This document shows positions 37,487-47,484 of a stretch of 64,000 nt of DNA, one piece after another. The translations under genes and the position numbers were made by a program. Source of the stretch: an uncultured Chloroflexia bacterium (GTDB lineage Bacteria > Chloroflexota > Dehalococcoidia > DSTF01 > JALHUB01); the NCBI GenBank assembly GCA_963703345.1, contig OY969814.1, positions 1,536,001 through 1,600,000 of the forward strand, written 5' to 3'. Position 1 is the stretch's first letter; each line of letters starts with the position of its first letter. The notes under the pieces are model-generated. The model saw nothing but the letters and a program-made list of their open reading frames with translations. It was not told where the DNA came from and searched no databases.

Positions 37487-38674
37487 ATGGCAAGAACCCC
37501 GGAAGCCGTAATCATTGACCCTGATCTCAGCGCCCGCGCCGACGTTAAGCGAGCGCTCACTCTGGCTCACTTCACGGTGTCCGGCGAGTCCGGTTACGGC
37601 ATAGAAGCAGTAACCGTCGCTAACGAGAACGTTCCCGACGTCTTCATCGTCAGCGTCGAGGAACCGGTCGCCCGTGCCCTGCAAACGATGCAGTCCCTCG
37701 GCGACGCCCTGCCCGACACACCGATAATCGCCTACTCTTCGCTTGCCGACGCCGCTTCCGTCCGCCGTGCCATGGTTGCCGGCGCCCGCGACTATTTGAT
37801 TAAGCCCGTCAAGCCCGAAGACCTGACCCGCGCTATCTACGGCGTCATGGAGCAGGAAGAACGGCGGCGCATGCGCGCCAGCGGCGAGCGCCAGGAGACT
37901 GCCGCCAGGGGCACGGTCATCACCGTCTTCGGCGCCAAGGGCGGCATCGGCAAGACGACGATTTCCACCAACCTGGCGACGGCCCTCGTCCGCTCGACGA
38001 ACAGCTCCGTCGTCCTCGTCGATATGGACACGCGATTCGGCGACGTAGCCATCATGATGGACATCGCCGTCGAGCGGAGCATCGCCGATCTCGCCCGTCG
38101 CGTCGACACCATGGACCGCGATACTATTCACGATTTCCTGGTGCGCCATCACAGCGGCGTCATGATCCTGCCCGCGCCCCTTCACCCGACCGAGTGGCGC
38201 AACGTCACGCCGCACCAGATCAGCAAGATCATCGACCTTCTCGCCCAGACGCACGACTACGTGATCGTGGACACGCCGGGCACGTTCAACGAGATTGTGG
38301 CCGCCACGTTGGAGGCGGCCAGCCTCATCCTGCTCGTCACGAGCATGGATATCGCCAGCATCAAAGACACGGCCCTCACCCTGGAGATGCTCCAGAGCGC
38401 CGCCGTCTCCGAAGACAAGGTCAAGCTCATGATCAACCACTCCACGGCCGCCAACACGCTGCGAGAGGACGACGTGGAGCGCGTTCTGGAGTACAAGGTG
38501 TTCTGGCGCATCCCGCATGACCTCAACGTCGCCACAAGCACGCAGCTTGGCCAGCCAGTCGTCATCACGAAGCCGTACGCCAGGGTCTCGCGCAGCATCT
38601 CTGAGCTCGCCGGCGCCCTCAGCGGCACGGTCAGCGAGAAGAAGGGTTTCCTGGAGAGGTTCCTCGGACGTTGA
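37487..38674 (+). CDS. cpaE: CpaE/TadZ (atypical receiver + MinD/ParA ATPase)
   Basis: Receiver-like N-terminus; KGGIGKTT; D.D..FGD. Confidence 0.9.
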   Translation: MARTPEAVIIDPDLSARADVKRALTLAHFTVSGESGYGIEAVTVANENVPDVFIVSVEEPVARALQTMQSLGDALPDTPIIAYSSLADAASVRRAMVAGARDYLIKPVKPEDLTRAIYGVMEQEERRRMRASGERQETAARGTVITVFGAKGGIGKTTISTNLATALVRSTNSSVVLVDMDTRFGDVAIMMDIAVERSIADLARRVDTMDRDTIHDFLVRHHSGVMILPAPLHPTEWRNVTPHQISKIIDLLAQTHDYVIVDTPGTFNEIVAATLEAASLILLVTSMDIASIKDTALTLEMLQSAAVSEDKVKLMINHSTAANTLREDDVERVLEYKVFWRIPHDLNVATSTQLGQPVVITKPYARVSRSISELAGALSGTVSEKKGFLERFLGR

Positions 38675-38715
38675 CCCGATGACACAATCGTACAGCAGAT
38701 GGAGCGGATGAGACG

Positions 38716-40077
38716 ATGACTCAATTCCAATGGCAACCCCGAAGAACAGGCGTCGACGGCGCTGAAGGCGGCTTCAGACGGACCAGCAGCTCTTCCAGCC
38801 TGCTTCAGACCAGCGAAGCCCTCACCGAGCTCAAGTACAAGCTCCACCAGCGCCTCATCGAGGAGCTGGACCCGGCCAAGCTCGACGGGCTCGACCCCAT
38901 CAAAGCCCGCGAAGCCGTCGAGACCTCGGCGCGCACGCTGATCTCCCAGGAAATGCCGGGAATCGTTGGCGTAACGCGCGACGAGCTCGTTTCCGCCGTC
39001 GCGGACGAAGTGCTCGGCCTCGGACCGATCGAGCCCATGGTCCGGGACAAATCCATCTCGGAAATAATGGTCAACGCCCCGGACACAATCTTCTTCGAGA
39101 AAGAGGGGCGGCTGTATCTGAGTCCCATCCGCTTCCGAGACTCTAACCACATCCAGCGCATCGCCGACCGCATCATCGCGCCGCTCGGCCGCCGCGTCGA
39201 CGAGTCGTCGCCCATGGTCGACGCGCGTCTCGCCGACGGCTCCCGTGTCAACATAATCATCCCGCCCGTCGCGCCCAAGAGCCCGACGATCACCATCCGA
39301 AAGTTCCGCGAAGACAAGATGACGGTGGAGGACCTCATCGCCACCGGCACGATGGTCCAGGAGTTGGCGGAATTCCTGCACGCCTGCATCCAGGCGAAGC
39401 TGAACGTCGTCATTTCCGGCGGTACCGGCACCGGCAAGACGACCTTGCTGAACGCCCTTTCCGCCTTCATCCCGGAAACCGAACGCATCATCACCATCGA
39501 GGACCCGACGGAGCTGCGGCTGCAGCAGGGCCACGTCGTCAGCCTGGAAGCGCGGCCGCCCAGCCTGGAAGGGAAGGGCGAAGTCACGCAGCGCGACCTC
39601 GTCCGCAACTGCCTCCGTATGCGCCCCGACCGCATCCTCGTCGGCGAGGTGCGCGGCCCAGAGGCCTTCGACATGATGCAGGCCATGAACACCGGCCACG
39701 AAGGCTCACTCACCACCGTCCACTCCAACTCGCCGCGCGACGCCCTCGCCCGCATCGAGAACATGATCCTGATGGCCGGCCTTGAGCTGCCAATGCGCGC
39801 CATCCGCGAGCAGATCTCGTCCGCCATCCATCTCGTCATCCAGATCAGCCGGCTCCCCGACGGCACGCGCAAGATCACCTGCGTCGCGGAGATCACCGGC
39901 ATGGAGGGCCAGGTCGTCACGATGCAAGACCTCTTCCGCTACGAGCAGAAGGGCATTGACAGCGAGGGCCACGTGGTCGGCGAATTCCGCTTCACCGGCA
40001 TTCACCCGCAGTTCGCCGAGAAGTTCAAGTTGGCCGGCATCCAGTTGCCGCAGGACATCTTTGGCCCTGGGTGGTGA
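38716..40077 (+). CDS. cpaF: CpaF/TadA secretion ATPase
   Basis: GGTGTGKTT, LRMRPDRILVGEVRG, MNTGHEGS. Confidence 0.96.
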   Translation: MTQFQWQPRRTGVDGAEGGFRRTSSSSSLLQTSEALTELKYKLHQRLIEELDPAKLDGLDPIKAREAVETSARTLISQEMPGIVGVTRDELVSAVADEVLGLGPIEPMVRDKSISEIMVNAPDTIFFEKEGRLYLSPIRFRDSNHIQRIADRIIAPLGRRVDESSPMVDARLADGSRVNIIIPPVAPKSPTITIRKFREDKMTVEDLIATGTMVQELAEFLHACIQAKLNVVISGGTGTGKTTLLNALSAFIPETERIITIEDPTELRLQQGHVVSLEARPPSLEGKGEVTQRDLVRNCLRMRPDRILVGEVRGPEAFDMMQAMNTGHEGSLTTVHSNSPRDALARIENMILMAGLELPMRAIREQISSAIHLVIQISRLPDGTRKITCVAEITGMEGQVVTMQDLFRYEQKGIDSEGHVVGEFRFTGIHPQFAEKFKLAGIQLPQDIFGPGW

Positions 40078-40081
40078 TCGT

Positions 40082-41080
40082 ATGGACATGCTAGCGCTCG
40101 CGGCGGCTCTCTCGGTGATGTTGACGGTCTGTCTGCTGCTGACCGCTGCCTACGCCTTTTCCGGCGCCGACCGTAACCGACTCGTAGTCACCAGGCTCGA
40201 GCACGTCGTCAACCGTACGCCTGGGCAAGCAGGGCTGGACGACGTCATTGCCCTGAAGCAGGAGCGCATGGGTCTTTTCCCCCTCCTGACCAGCATCTTC
40301 GCCAGCGGCGAATGGGCCCAGCGCATCACGACCGACCTGGAGCGCGCCGAGCTCAAGCTGCACGTCGGCGAGTACCTAGCCATTCGCATAACCTGCGCTC
40401 TCGTCCTCTTCGCCATCGCGATGGTCATCATGGGACCGGGCGTTTTCGGTTTGCTGGGGGGGGGCGTGGCGGCGCTTGTCGGCTACACGCTGCCCAAGTT
40501 CATGATCAATCGCCGGCTCAAGAAGCGCCTGATGACGTTCGACGACCAGCTCGTCGAAGCGCTGGGCCAAGTAGCCAACGCCTTGCGCTCGGGCTTCGGC
40601 CTCCTCCAGGCGATGGACCTGGCCGCCGAGCAATTGAAGGACCCGCTCGCAATCGAGTTCAAGCGCACTATCAACGATATCAACGTCGGCTCCAGCTTCG
40701 AAGATGCGCTCATTGCCCTGAACCAGCGCATGATGAGCAACGACCTTGACATTGCCGTCACGGCCATCCTCATTCAGCGCACCGTCGGCGGCAACCTGGG
40801 CGAAATCCTGGACACCGTCGCTAACACCATGCGCGAGAGAGCCCGCATCAAGGGCGAGCTGCGGAGCCTGACCGCCTCGCAGAAGATGTCGGGCTATGTC
40901 GTCGGCGGGCTGCCCGTCGCCATAATCGGCATGCTGCTGGTCGTGGGCCAGCTCACCGGCGAGAGCTACATTGCCACGCTATTCACGACGAACGCCGGTC
41001 GCCTCGCGCTCATGGCCGCCGCGGGGCTCGAAGGCATGGGGATCATGATCATCCGCAAGATCCTGGCCATCGAGGTCTAA
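40082..41080 (+). CDS. tadB: TadB (T2SSF domain)
   Basis: ALRSGFGL.QA, IQRTVGGNLGEIL; operon position. Confidence 0.92.
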   Translation: MDMLALAAALSVMLTVCLLLTAAYAFSGADRNRLVVTRLEHVVNRTPGQAGLDDVIALKQERMGLFPLLTSIFASGEWAQRITTDLERAELKLHVGEYLAIRITCALVLFAIAMVIMGPGVFGLLGGGVAALVGYTLPKFMINRRLKKRLMTFDDQLVEALGQVANALRSGFGLLQAMDLAAEQLKDPLAIEFKRTINDINVGSSFEDALIALNQRMMSNDLDIAVTAILIQRTVGGNLGEILDTVANTMRERARIKGELRSLTASQKMSGYVVGGLPVAIIGMLLVVGQLTGESYIATLFTTNAGRLALMAAAGLEGMGIMIIRKILAIEV

Positions 41081-41092
41081 GGGAGGGAGAAA

Positions 41093-42007
41093 ATGGCACT
41101 ACTGGCGGCCGCTTCGGTCTTTGTCACTGTCGTGGTCTTCGCTTTCTCATTCCGCGCAGGCCCGAAGGGCGATTCAGTGCGAGCCCGCGTTGCCGGTCTC
41201 TCCACCTCCCACGCCCACGAGAGAGGTCAGCCGACGCTGTCCTTCGGCGACCGCATCGTAGTGCCGCTCGTCGATGGCCTCACGAACAAGGTTTTCGCCA
41301 TTCTGCCGCACGGCTTCATCATTCGGCTGAGGACCCGCCTGATGCGGGCCGGCGAGCCCGTCACCGCCGAAGGCTTCATCATGATCACCCTGGTCGCGAG
41401 CGGCGTTCTGGGCGGCCTGCCGTTCCTTCTGATGATCTCCGCGAAGGGGGCGCTGAACGTAAAGATGCTCGGCCTCATAGTGCTGATGGCCGGCATGGGC
41501 GCCTATTTGCCCACCATGTGGCTATCGAACCGTTTGCGCCAGCGCCAGAACATGATCATCAAGAGCCTGCCCGATAGCTTCGACATGATCACGACGTGCG
41601 TCGAAGCTGGCCTGGGGCTCGATGCCGCTCTGGCCCGCGTCGCTGAGAAGGTGAAAGGCCCCTTCTCTGAAGACCTGTCCATCACCCTGCACGAGATCAG
41701 CATGGGTCGCAATCGCGCCGAATCCCTGCGCGATCTTGCCGACCGCACCGGCGTCGCCGATCTCAGCCTCTTTGTAAATGCTATAATCCAGGCTGAACAG
41801 ATGGGTACCAGCATTGGCCAGGTGCTGCGCGTGCAATCAGAGCAGATGCGCGTGCGACGCCGTCAGCGAGCGGAAGAGAAGGCGAACCAGGCGCCGGTGA
41901 AGATGGTCTTTCCGCTCGTCATGTGCATCCTTCCCGCCCTGTTCGTCGTCATCATGGGCCCGGCCGCCATTCAACTCTACCAGACGATATCGAGCCGAGG
42001 CACGTGA
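41093..42007 (+). CDS. tadC: TadC (T2SSF domain)
   Basis: LPD..D....VEAGLGLD, AEEKANQAPVKMVFPL. Confidence 0.93.
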   Translation: MALLAAASVFVTVVVFAFSFRAGPKGDSVRARVAGLSTSHAHERGQPTLSFGDRIVVPLVDGLTNKVFAILPHGFIIRLRTRLMRAGEPVTAEGFIMITLVASGVLGGLPFLLMISAKGALNVKMLGLIVLMAGMGAYLPTMWLSNRLRQRQNMIIKSLPDSFDMITTCVEAGLGLDAALARVAEKVKGPFSEDLSITLHEISMGRNRAESLRDLADRTGVADLSLFVNAIIQAEQMGTSIGQVLRVQSEQMRVRRRQRAEEKANQAPVKMVFPLVMCILPALFVVIMGPAAIQLYQTISSRGT

Positions 42008-42351
42008 GAATCCAGAACACGACTCGCGAGACCCAGGTCGCCGACCGCGCCGTCCCGGCAAACAACCCCTGGAGGCGACTCGTTGGCCTGCTCAACCGCT
42101 CCCACCTGGAGCCCGGCGAAGGGCTGGTGCTCATGCCCGGCAGTGCCATCCACATGTTCTTCATGCGCATGGCCATCGACGTCATCTTCGTGGACAGGGA
42201 CGGCCTGGTGCTGAAGACGGCCGCAAACGTCAAACCCTGGCGCGTCGTCCTGGCGCCACGCCGCTCGCGCTACACCATCGAGCTGCCCGTCGGCGCCATC
42301 GAACAGTCCGCCACCGTCCCCGGCGACGTCCTCGATCTGAGCGCCTCCTAG
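42004..42351 (+). CDS. DUF192 family protein
   Basis: RLVGLL, IHMFFMRMAIDVIFVD, IELPVG; GTGA overlap with tadC. Confidence 0.85.
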   Translation: MRIQNTTRETQVADRAVPANNPWRRLVGLLNRSHLEPGEGLVLMPGSAIHMFFMRMAIDVIFVDRDGLVLKTAANVKPWRVVLAPRRSRYTIELPVGAIEQSATVPGDVLDLSAS

Positions 42352-42439
42352 CCTTCGACCCTTCGACGCGTTAACCTTTCGCCCGCCCCGAGCGTTATGA
42401 TCACGTAAGAACTTTCAGGTCCCCGCCGGGAGGCCCAAG

Positions 42440-43723
42440 GTGAAGCTTCTGAGACTCCTGCCGCTGCTCCTCCTGCCCGCGCTCTTCCTCGGCGCCACCT
42501 GCGTCACCCACGTCGACCAGAAAGGACCGGCGGGCCCCTGGGTCGGCGAAGTCACGAACACCGGCACCGATGCCGTCGACGGGACTACAGGAACCGGCTT
42601 CACCATCGATGCCAACGGCAAGGACGTGGGCCCCGCGCCCACACTGCTCTGCCCCTGGGACCTTCTGCCTGGCGACAAGGCCTATTTCTCCATCTCCGCG
42701 ATGGCAGCCGGTCGCCTCAATGATCCGTCACTCGCTGCTACGCTGCCTCTCAGGCTCTCCGAGATTCAGACTTATCCTCTGCGACAGCGACCCGTGACTG
42801 GGCTGACGTTTCGTGTTTTGCAGGCATATCCAGAGCACCAGGCCATAATGGTCGAGATGCGAAACGATTCCCCAAATACCTACAGCAACTTCGACACCTG
42901 CGCCGTCCTGCTCTCAGCGGCAGGAGAAGTGCAGGAGATTGTAACCAGAAGACCGTCTCCTGCGGGCACATTGAGCCCTGGGCAGTCAGTCACCTTCCCG
43001 TTCCAGTTCAGCTCTCCCCTCGATGGCACCTTCGTTTTCGGCACACATGACGGCTACAATTCGACTCTGAACACAGTTCTCCCTTCGACAGCCTTTGATC
43101 TTGAGACCTACAAGATCGTCGAGACTCCGAACGGTAGGGAATTGTTGGGGGTCGGCGAGATAACGAACACCACCACAACCGATCTGATGTCGGCGAGATA
43201 CGAGGTGTACTTGACTACTTCTCCCACGGTCCGTGCCAATGGAAATGTGGGACCGTATGGAGCAGACTTTCGCAGCGGACTGAACTTCTGGGATGGAAAC
43301 GGCTTGATCCTCGCTGGAAAGAAGGCTCCGTTCAGATTCTCGTTGCCGCTGGACCAGAACGATACTCCGAGTGTCGAAGTCGCTGCAATTGAGGCCGGAG
43401 TATCGGAGTGGCAAGAGCCTCCGAACTACGTCTCCATTCCAGTGACAAACGTCGAGACCGAGCAGGCAGGCACGGATTCATTGAAGATATCCGCGACCAT
43501 AAGCAACCCGACCGATGATTACATGCTTTTCGGCTCGCTCTGCTTCAACCTCAGAGGATCGCGTGACAAACTCGTGGGCACGTCCTGCTTGATGATTCCG
43601 CAAGGGGTCGAGGCACGCAGTTCACTTACGGTGTCGGAAGTAGTAGCTGAGCTCGCACCGATGCATTCTGTTGAAGTGATAGCATACGGGTTCAAGGGAA
43701 GGCCAGTCACTCCGCCGACCTAG
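42440..43723 (+). CDS. Putative exported lipoprotein with tandem beta-sandwich (FxLYD-like) modules
   Basis: GGAGG SD, signal ending LGATC, repeated GE(V/I)TN.T modules. Confidence 0.65.
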   Translation: MKLLRLLPLLLLPALFLGATCVTHVDQKGPAGPWVGEVTNTGTDAVDGTTGTGFTIDANGKDVGPAPTLLCPWDLLPGDKAYFSISAMAAGRLNDPSLAATLPLRLSEIQTYPLRQRPVTGLTFRVLQAYPEHQAIMVEMRNDSPNTYSNFDTCAVLLSAAGEVQEIVTRRPSPAGTLSPGQSVTFPFQFSSPLDGTFVFGTHDGYNSTLNTVLPSTAFDLETYKIVETPNGRELLGVGEITNTTTTDLMSARYEVYLTTSPTVRANGNVGPYGADFRSGLNFWDGNGLILAGKKAPFRFSLPLDQNDTPSVEVAAIEAGVSEWQEPPNYVSIPVTNVETEQAGTDSLKISATISNPTDDYMLFGSLCFNLRGSRDKLVGTSCLMIPQGVEARSSLTVSEVVAELAPMHSVEVIAYGFKGRPVTPPT

Positions 43724-43789
43724 GCAGCGACAGAAGGCATCGCACATTCACGCAAGGGGCTTCGCAAGAGGTCTTCGTTCGGCTCCCGT

Positions 43790-44956
43790 TTAGTCCTTCC
43801 GCCCCAGAATCGTCACGGAGCAGACTGAGCCCGGCCCGCCCAGGTTGTGCGCCAGCCCCAGCCTCGCGTCCTTCACCTGCGCCCCGTCCGCGCGGCCCTG
43901 CAACTGCTTCGTCACCTCGTACAGCATCCGACATCCCGTCGCGCCGATGGGATGCCCGAAGCACTTCAGCCCGCCGCTCGCGTTCACCGGCAGGTCGCCG
44001 TCCACCTCGCTGCGACCGTCCGCGACGAACGCCGCCCCCTGGCCCTGCTCGCAGAAGCCCAGATCCTGGTAGTTCAGGATCTCCGTGATGCTGAAGCAGT
44101 CGTGCACCTCCGCCAGGTCGATCTCCTTCGCCGGGTCCTTGACGCCCGCCTCCGCGTAGGCCGCCCTGGCCGCGTCCTGCGTCGCCGGGAAGCCCAGGAA
44201 GTCCGTCGAGTTCGAGAACATGGGCCGGCCCGTAGCCACCGCCAGCGCGTTCGCCTTCACCAGCACGTAGTCGTCCTTGTGCTTGCTCCGGTCGGCGATC
44301 TCCGGACGCGTGATCACCAGCGCCGCCGACCCGTCGGACATCGCGCAGCAGTCGAAGCGCCCCAGCGGCCAGGCGATCATCGGCGCCGACAGCGCGTCCT
44401 CCAGCGTTATCTCCCGCCGGAAGTGCGCCTTCGGGTGCTTGGCGCCGTTCTTGTGGTTCTTCACCGCCACGCGCGCCAGGTCCTCCCTCGTCCAGCCGTA
44501 CTGATGGAAACAGCGAGTCGCCGACAGCGCGAACAGCGCCGGCGCGCTGGCCACACCGAACACCGGATGGCTGAAGCCCTGCGTCGGCAGGCCGGAGCTG
44601 CCCGTGTCCATCAGCTTCTCGACGCCGCAGGCCATCGCGACGTCGTACGCCCCGGACGCGACGGCATAGCAGGCGTTGCGGAAAGCGTCCATCCCGGAAG
44701 CGCAGTAGTTCTCCACGCGCGTCACCGGGATGCCGAAAAGCTTCATCGGATCGGAGAAGGTGTTGCCGCTGAACCCAGTGAACGGGTAGAGAACGCCTAT
44801 CCAGGCCGCCTGCACGTCCTGCGGCGACACGCCCGCGTCGTCGAGCGCCTCGTACGCCGCTTCGACGACGAGGTCCTCCACGTCCTTGTCCCAGAGCTCA
44901 CCGAACTTGGTGCAGCCGACGCCTATGATGGCGACCTTGTCCGTGATGCTTCCCAT
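43790..44956 (-). CDS. SCP2/PhlC-type thiolase (acetyl-CoA acyltransferase)
   Basis: VENYCASG, EVHDCF, GHPIGATG, HNLGG; AAGGAGG SD. Confidence 0.9.
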   Translation of the reverse strand: MGSITDKVAIIGVGCTKFGELWDKDVEDLVVEAAYEALDDAGVSPQDVQAAWIGVLYPFTGFSGNTFSDPMKLFGIPVTRVENYCASGMDAFRNACYAVASGAYDVAMACGVEKLMDTGSSGLPTQGFSHPVFGVASAPALFALSATRCFHQYGWTREDLARVAVKNHKNGAKHPKAHFRREITLEDALSAPMIAWPLGRFDCCAMSDGSAALVITRPEIADRSKHKDDYVLVKANALAVATGRPMFSNSTDFLGFPATQDAARAAYAEAGVKDPAKEIDLAEVHDCFSITEILNYQDLGFCEQGQGAAFVADGRSEVDGDLPVNASGGLKCFGHPIGATGCRMLYEVTKQLQGRADGAQVKDARLGLAHNLGGPGSVCSVTILGRKD

Positions 44957-45014
44957 GGCCTCTCCTCCTTGCTCAACGTCACGCCGCGAAGAACCGACGC
45001 GAATCGGAGCCATT

Positions 45015-45038
45015 GTAGGGGAGGACTTTAGTCCTCCC
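45015..45038 (+). repeat. GTAG-type REP-like palindrome, copy 4
   Basis: Identical to 6665-6688. Confidence 0.8.
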
Positions 45039-45046
45039 GCTGCTTT

Positions 45047-46459
45047 CTACCCCGCTACCACAACCGGTCGCGCCTTCCAGTAATAGTTGTGGAAGTTCGC
45101 CGCCTCATGCAACCGGCGGAACAGCACCTCGACCGGCAGCCCCACCTTCGCTTCGTTCGGGTCGGCGTCCGTCATCTCCAGGAACACGCGCCCACCGCCC
45201 TCCAGGTCGACCACCATTCGCGCCACCGGCACGTTCAAGTACTGCCCGACCGACAGGTGGTCCAGCGTATAGGTGTAAACGTTCCCCCGCCGTGACAGTT
45301 TGACCGGCTCAACGTTGTCCTTCTGACCACACTCCTCGCACACTCGCGGGGGCGGATACTGCACGACGCCGCAGCCCCGGCAGCGCCCGCCGATGAAGTT
45401 CAACTCCTGGCGGGCGTCCCGCCAGTACGTCACCGGCGACCCTTCCGCCGCCGGCGTCTCGCGCTCCGTCAGGCCTCGGAAGTGGACGTACGACGTGTAG
45501 TTCGGCAGCGGCCGTTTCTCCGCGAGGTGGCCCGCCAGCCCCTTGCGACCCTCCGGCCGCGGCATCTCCGCCGTCACCTCCAGCAGCAGCGCGTCGGCGC
45601 CGTCGCCGTGGTTGAGGACCAGAATGCGCTCGCCGGCCTTTGCCCCCTCCAGCGCGCCCGCCAGCATCATCAGCGCCAGCGCCGCGCCCGGGCTGCCGAC
45701 CGAGAAGAACAGCGTGTCCTGAAGCTGCGTCGGCGCAATTCCCAGCGCTCGCGCCACGGCGACGTGCGCCCGCGGGTCCGACGAAGTGATCACGCCCCGG
45801 GCGAGGTCCGCGCCGCTCACGCCCTGCTTCTCCAGCAGCGCTTTGCCCGCCGCCACCGCCGACGTCGCGTAGCCGTGCTGCGTCTCGACCTTCGACTCGA
45901 ACGACCGCACGTAGCGGTCCTCGCTGCGACGCCACGGCCCGACCTGCTCGCCGGCCAGCGAATACGTCCCGAGGATCTGCACCGGACCGTCCTTGGCGAC
46001 CAGCACCGCGCCGGCGCCGTCCCCGAAGAGCTGCTCCGACATCGACTCCGGCTCGCCAATGCGACAATCGCCGGCAACGACGAGAACGCTTCGCGCTGAG
46101 CCGCTGTCGACCGCGTCCGCGGCCGCCCGCATAGCCGTCGTCGCGGCCCGCAGTGAGCCGGTGAAATCGGCAGTATTGATGTCCTGCCGCATGTCCAGCG
46201 CCGCCGCGATAATCCCAGCGCACTGCTTCTCCAGGTAGGGCGCCGTCGTCGTGGCGAAGAACAAGCCATCGATGCCGGCCGGGTCGATGCCCGTCAGGCA
46301 GTCAATGCCCGCTGCCACCGCCATCGTCAGGCTATCCTCGTCCGCATTCGCCACCGCGCGCTCGCCGGGAACCGCCGGAATGCCCCAGGCGTCGCCGATC
46401 TGCTGTCGCGACAGGCGATAGAGCGGCACATACGCTCCGCTCGCTGCAATCCGTGCCAT
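45047..46459 (-). CDS. HMG-CoA synthase-like domain fused to DUF35 Zn-ribbon/OB fold
   Basis: ERAVANADEDSLTMA, GDGAGA; CxxC..YPP..CxxC and OB-fold tail. Confidence 0.85.
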   Translation of the reverse strand: MARIAASGAYVPLYRLSRQQIGDAWGIPAVPGERAVANADEDSLTMAVAAGIDCLTGIDPAGIDGLFFATTTAPYLEKQCAGIIAAALDMRQDINTADFTGSLRAATTAMRAAADAVDSGSARSVLVVAGDCRIGEPESMSEQLFGDGAGAVLVAKDGPVQILGTYSLAGEQVGPWRRSEDRYVRSFESKVETQHGYATSAVAAGKALLEKQGVSGADLARGVITSSDPRAHVAVARALGIAPTQLQDTLFFSVGSPGAALALMMLAGALEGAKAGERILVLNHGDGADALLLEVTAEMPRPEGRKGLAGHLAEKRPLPNYTSYVHFRGLTERETPAAEGSPVTYWRDARQELNFIGGRCRGCGVVQYPPPRVCEECGQKDNVEPVKLSRRGNVYTYTLDHLSVGQYLNVPVARMVVDLEGGGRVFLEMTDADPNEAKVGLPVEVLFRRLHEAANFHNYYWKARPVVVAG

Positions 46460-46488
46460 TTGCGGCTCCTTTCTTCGACGCCTCAGCG

Positions 46489-46695
46489 TCAGTACCTGAG
46501 CAGACAGCAGACGTGCAGCGTGGGGTCGAAGTAGGCGGCGAAGGCGTCGTCCCAGTAAGGATCGAAGAGGAAGCCTTCTTCCTTCTGTGCCGCCGCTTGT
46601 CCCGGTTCAGAGGCGATGGCGGGTATGTGCTCAGGCCGTTGACGCTTGCGCTTTGCCGGCTCCAACGCCCTCTTCCGACGCTCTCTCACGGCCAT
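46489..46695 (-). CDS. Small hypothetical protein (68 aa)
   Basis: GAGGGA SD; co-oriented, 29 nt upstream of the HMGS-like gene. Confidence 0.45.
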   Translation of the reverse strand: MAVRERRKRALEPAKRKRQRPEHIPAIASEPGQAAAQKEEGFLFDPYWDDAFAAYFDPTLHVCCLLRY

Positions 46696-46861
46696 GATCT
46701 TCCCTCTTGCGCTGTGGGAAACTAATGTAATCCTTGGCGCTTTCCAAGACAACATTGTGTCGAGTGCTCACAAATGGGCATCTTTCGGATCAGGGGGCAG
46801 GGGAAGACGACCTACCGCCGCGCAGGCGTGTGGTCCGGGCGCGAAAACGATCGCTAAAGGC

Positions 46862-47287
46862 TCAGGGCACGTCCTGCTGAAGCTTGCGCAGCCGTCGGCT
46901 GAGCACCGGCAACATTTGGACAGCGATATGCGGATTCGAACGCATCTCCGCCACGAAGTCCCAGCGCGACAGCACCAGACACTCCGTGTCCTCGCTGGCG
47001 ACGACGCTCGCTGAGCGCGGGTAGGAGTCGAGCAACGCCATCTCGCCGAAGAAGTCGCCTGCGGTCAGGCTGGCCAGCGCCGTCTGACTCTTGCCGTCGC
47101 CGCCGCGCACGACGCTCACGCGCCCCTTGGTGATGAGGTAGAAGGCGATGGCGTCCTCGCCTTCCTTGACGATGACGTCGCCCTTCTTGTAGGCCCGCGT
47201 TATTGTCGCCGAGGCGAGTCGCTTGAGGTCCCTGCGGCTGAGCTCGGAGAAAAGGGAGGCGCCTGCCAGTATGTCTTCCGGGTACAT
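46862..47287 (-). CDS. Stand-alone cyclic-nucleotide-binding protein
   Basis: GDFFGEMALL...PRSASV; AAGGAG SD; no HTH. Confidence 0.9.
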   Translation of the reverse strand: MYPEDILAGASLFSELSRRDLKRLASATITRAYKKGDVIVKEGEDAIAFYLITKGRVSVVRGGDGKSQTALASLTAGDFFGEMALLDSYPRSASVVASEDTECLVLSRWDFVAEMRSNPHIAVQMLPVLSRRLRKLQQDVP

Positions 47288-47484
47288 CTCACGCTCCTTT
47301 TGTTCGTTGCTTTACCGCGTAACTATACAACAGCGCCGCCGCCGCATCCAGCGTCGGGCTTGCCGGCGCTCATTCCCTTATTCCCGCTCCTTCGCATAGA
47401 GTGGCGACAGTATACTGTAGGCGAGAGCAGAAGCGACGCCGTGGAAGGGCATTACTCGACATAACGTTTACAAGGGCACCGCAC

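Noticed and set aside
37487-37860. Receiver domain lacking the phospho-Asp
   Set aside because: Normal for CpaE/TadZ.
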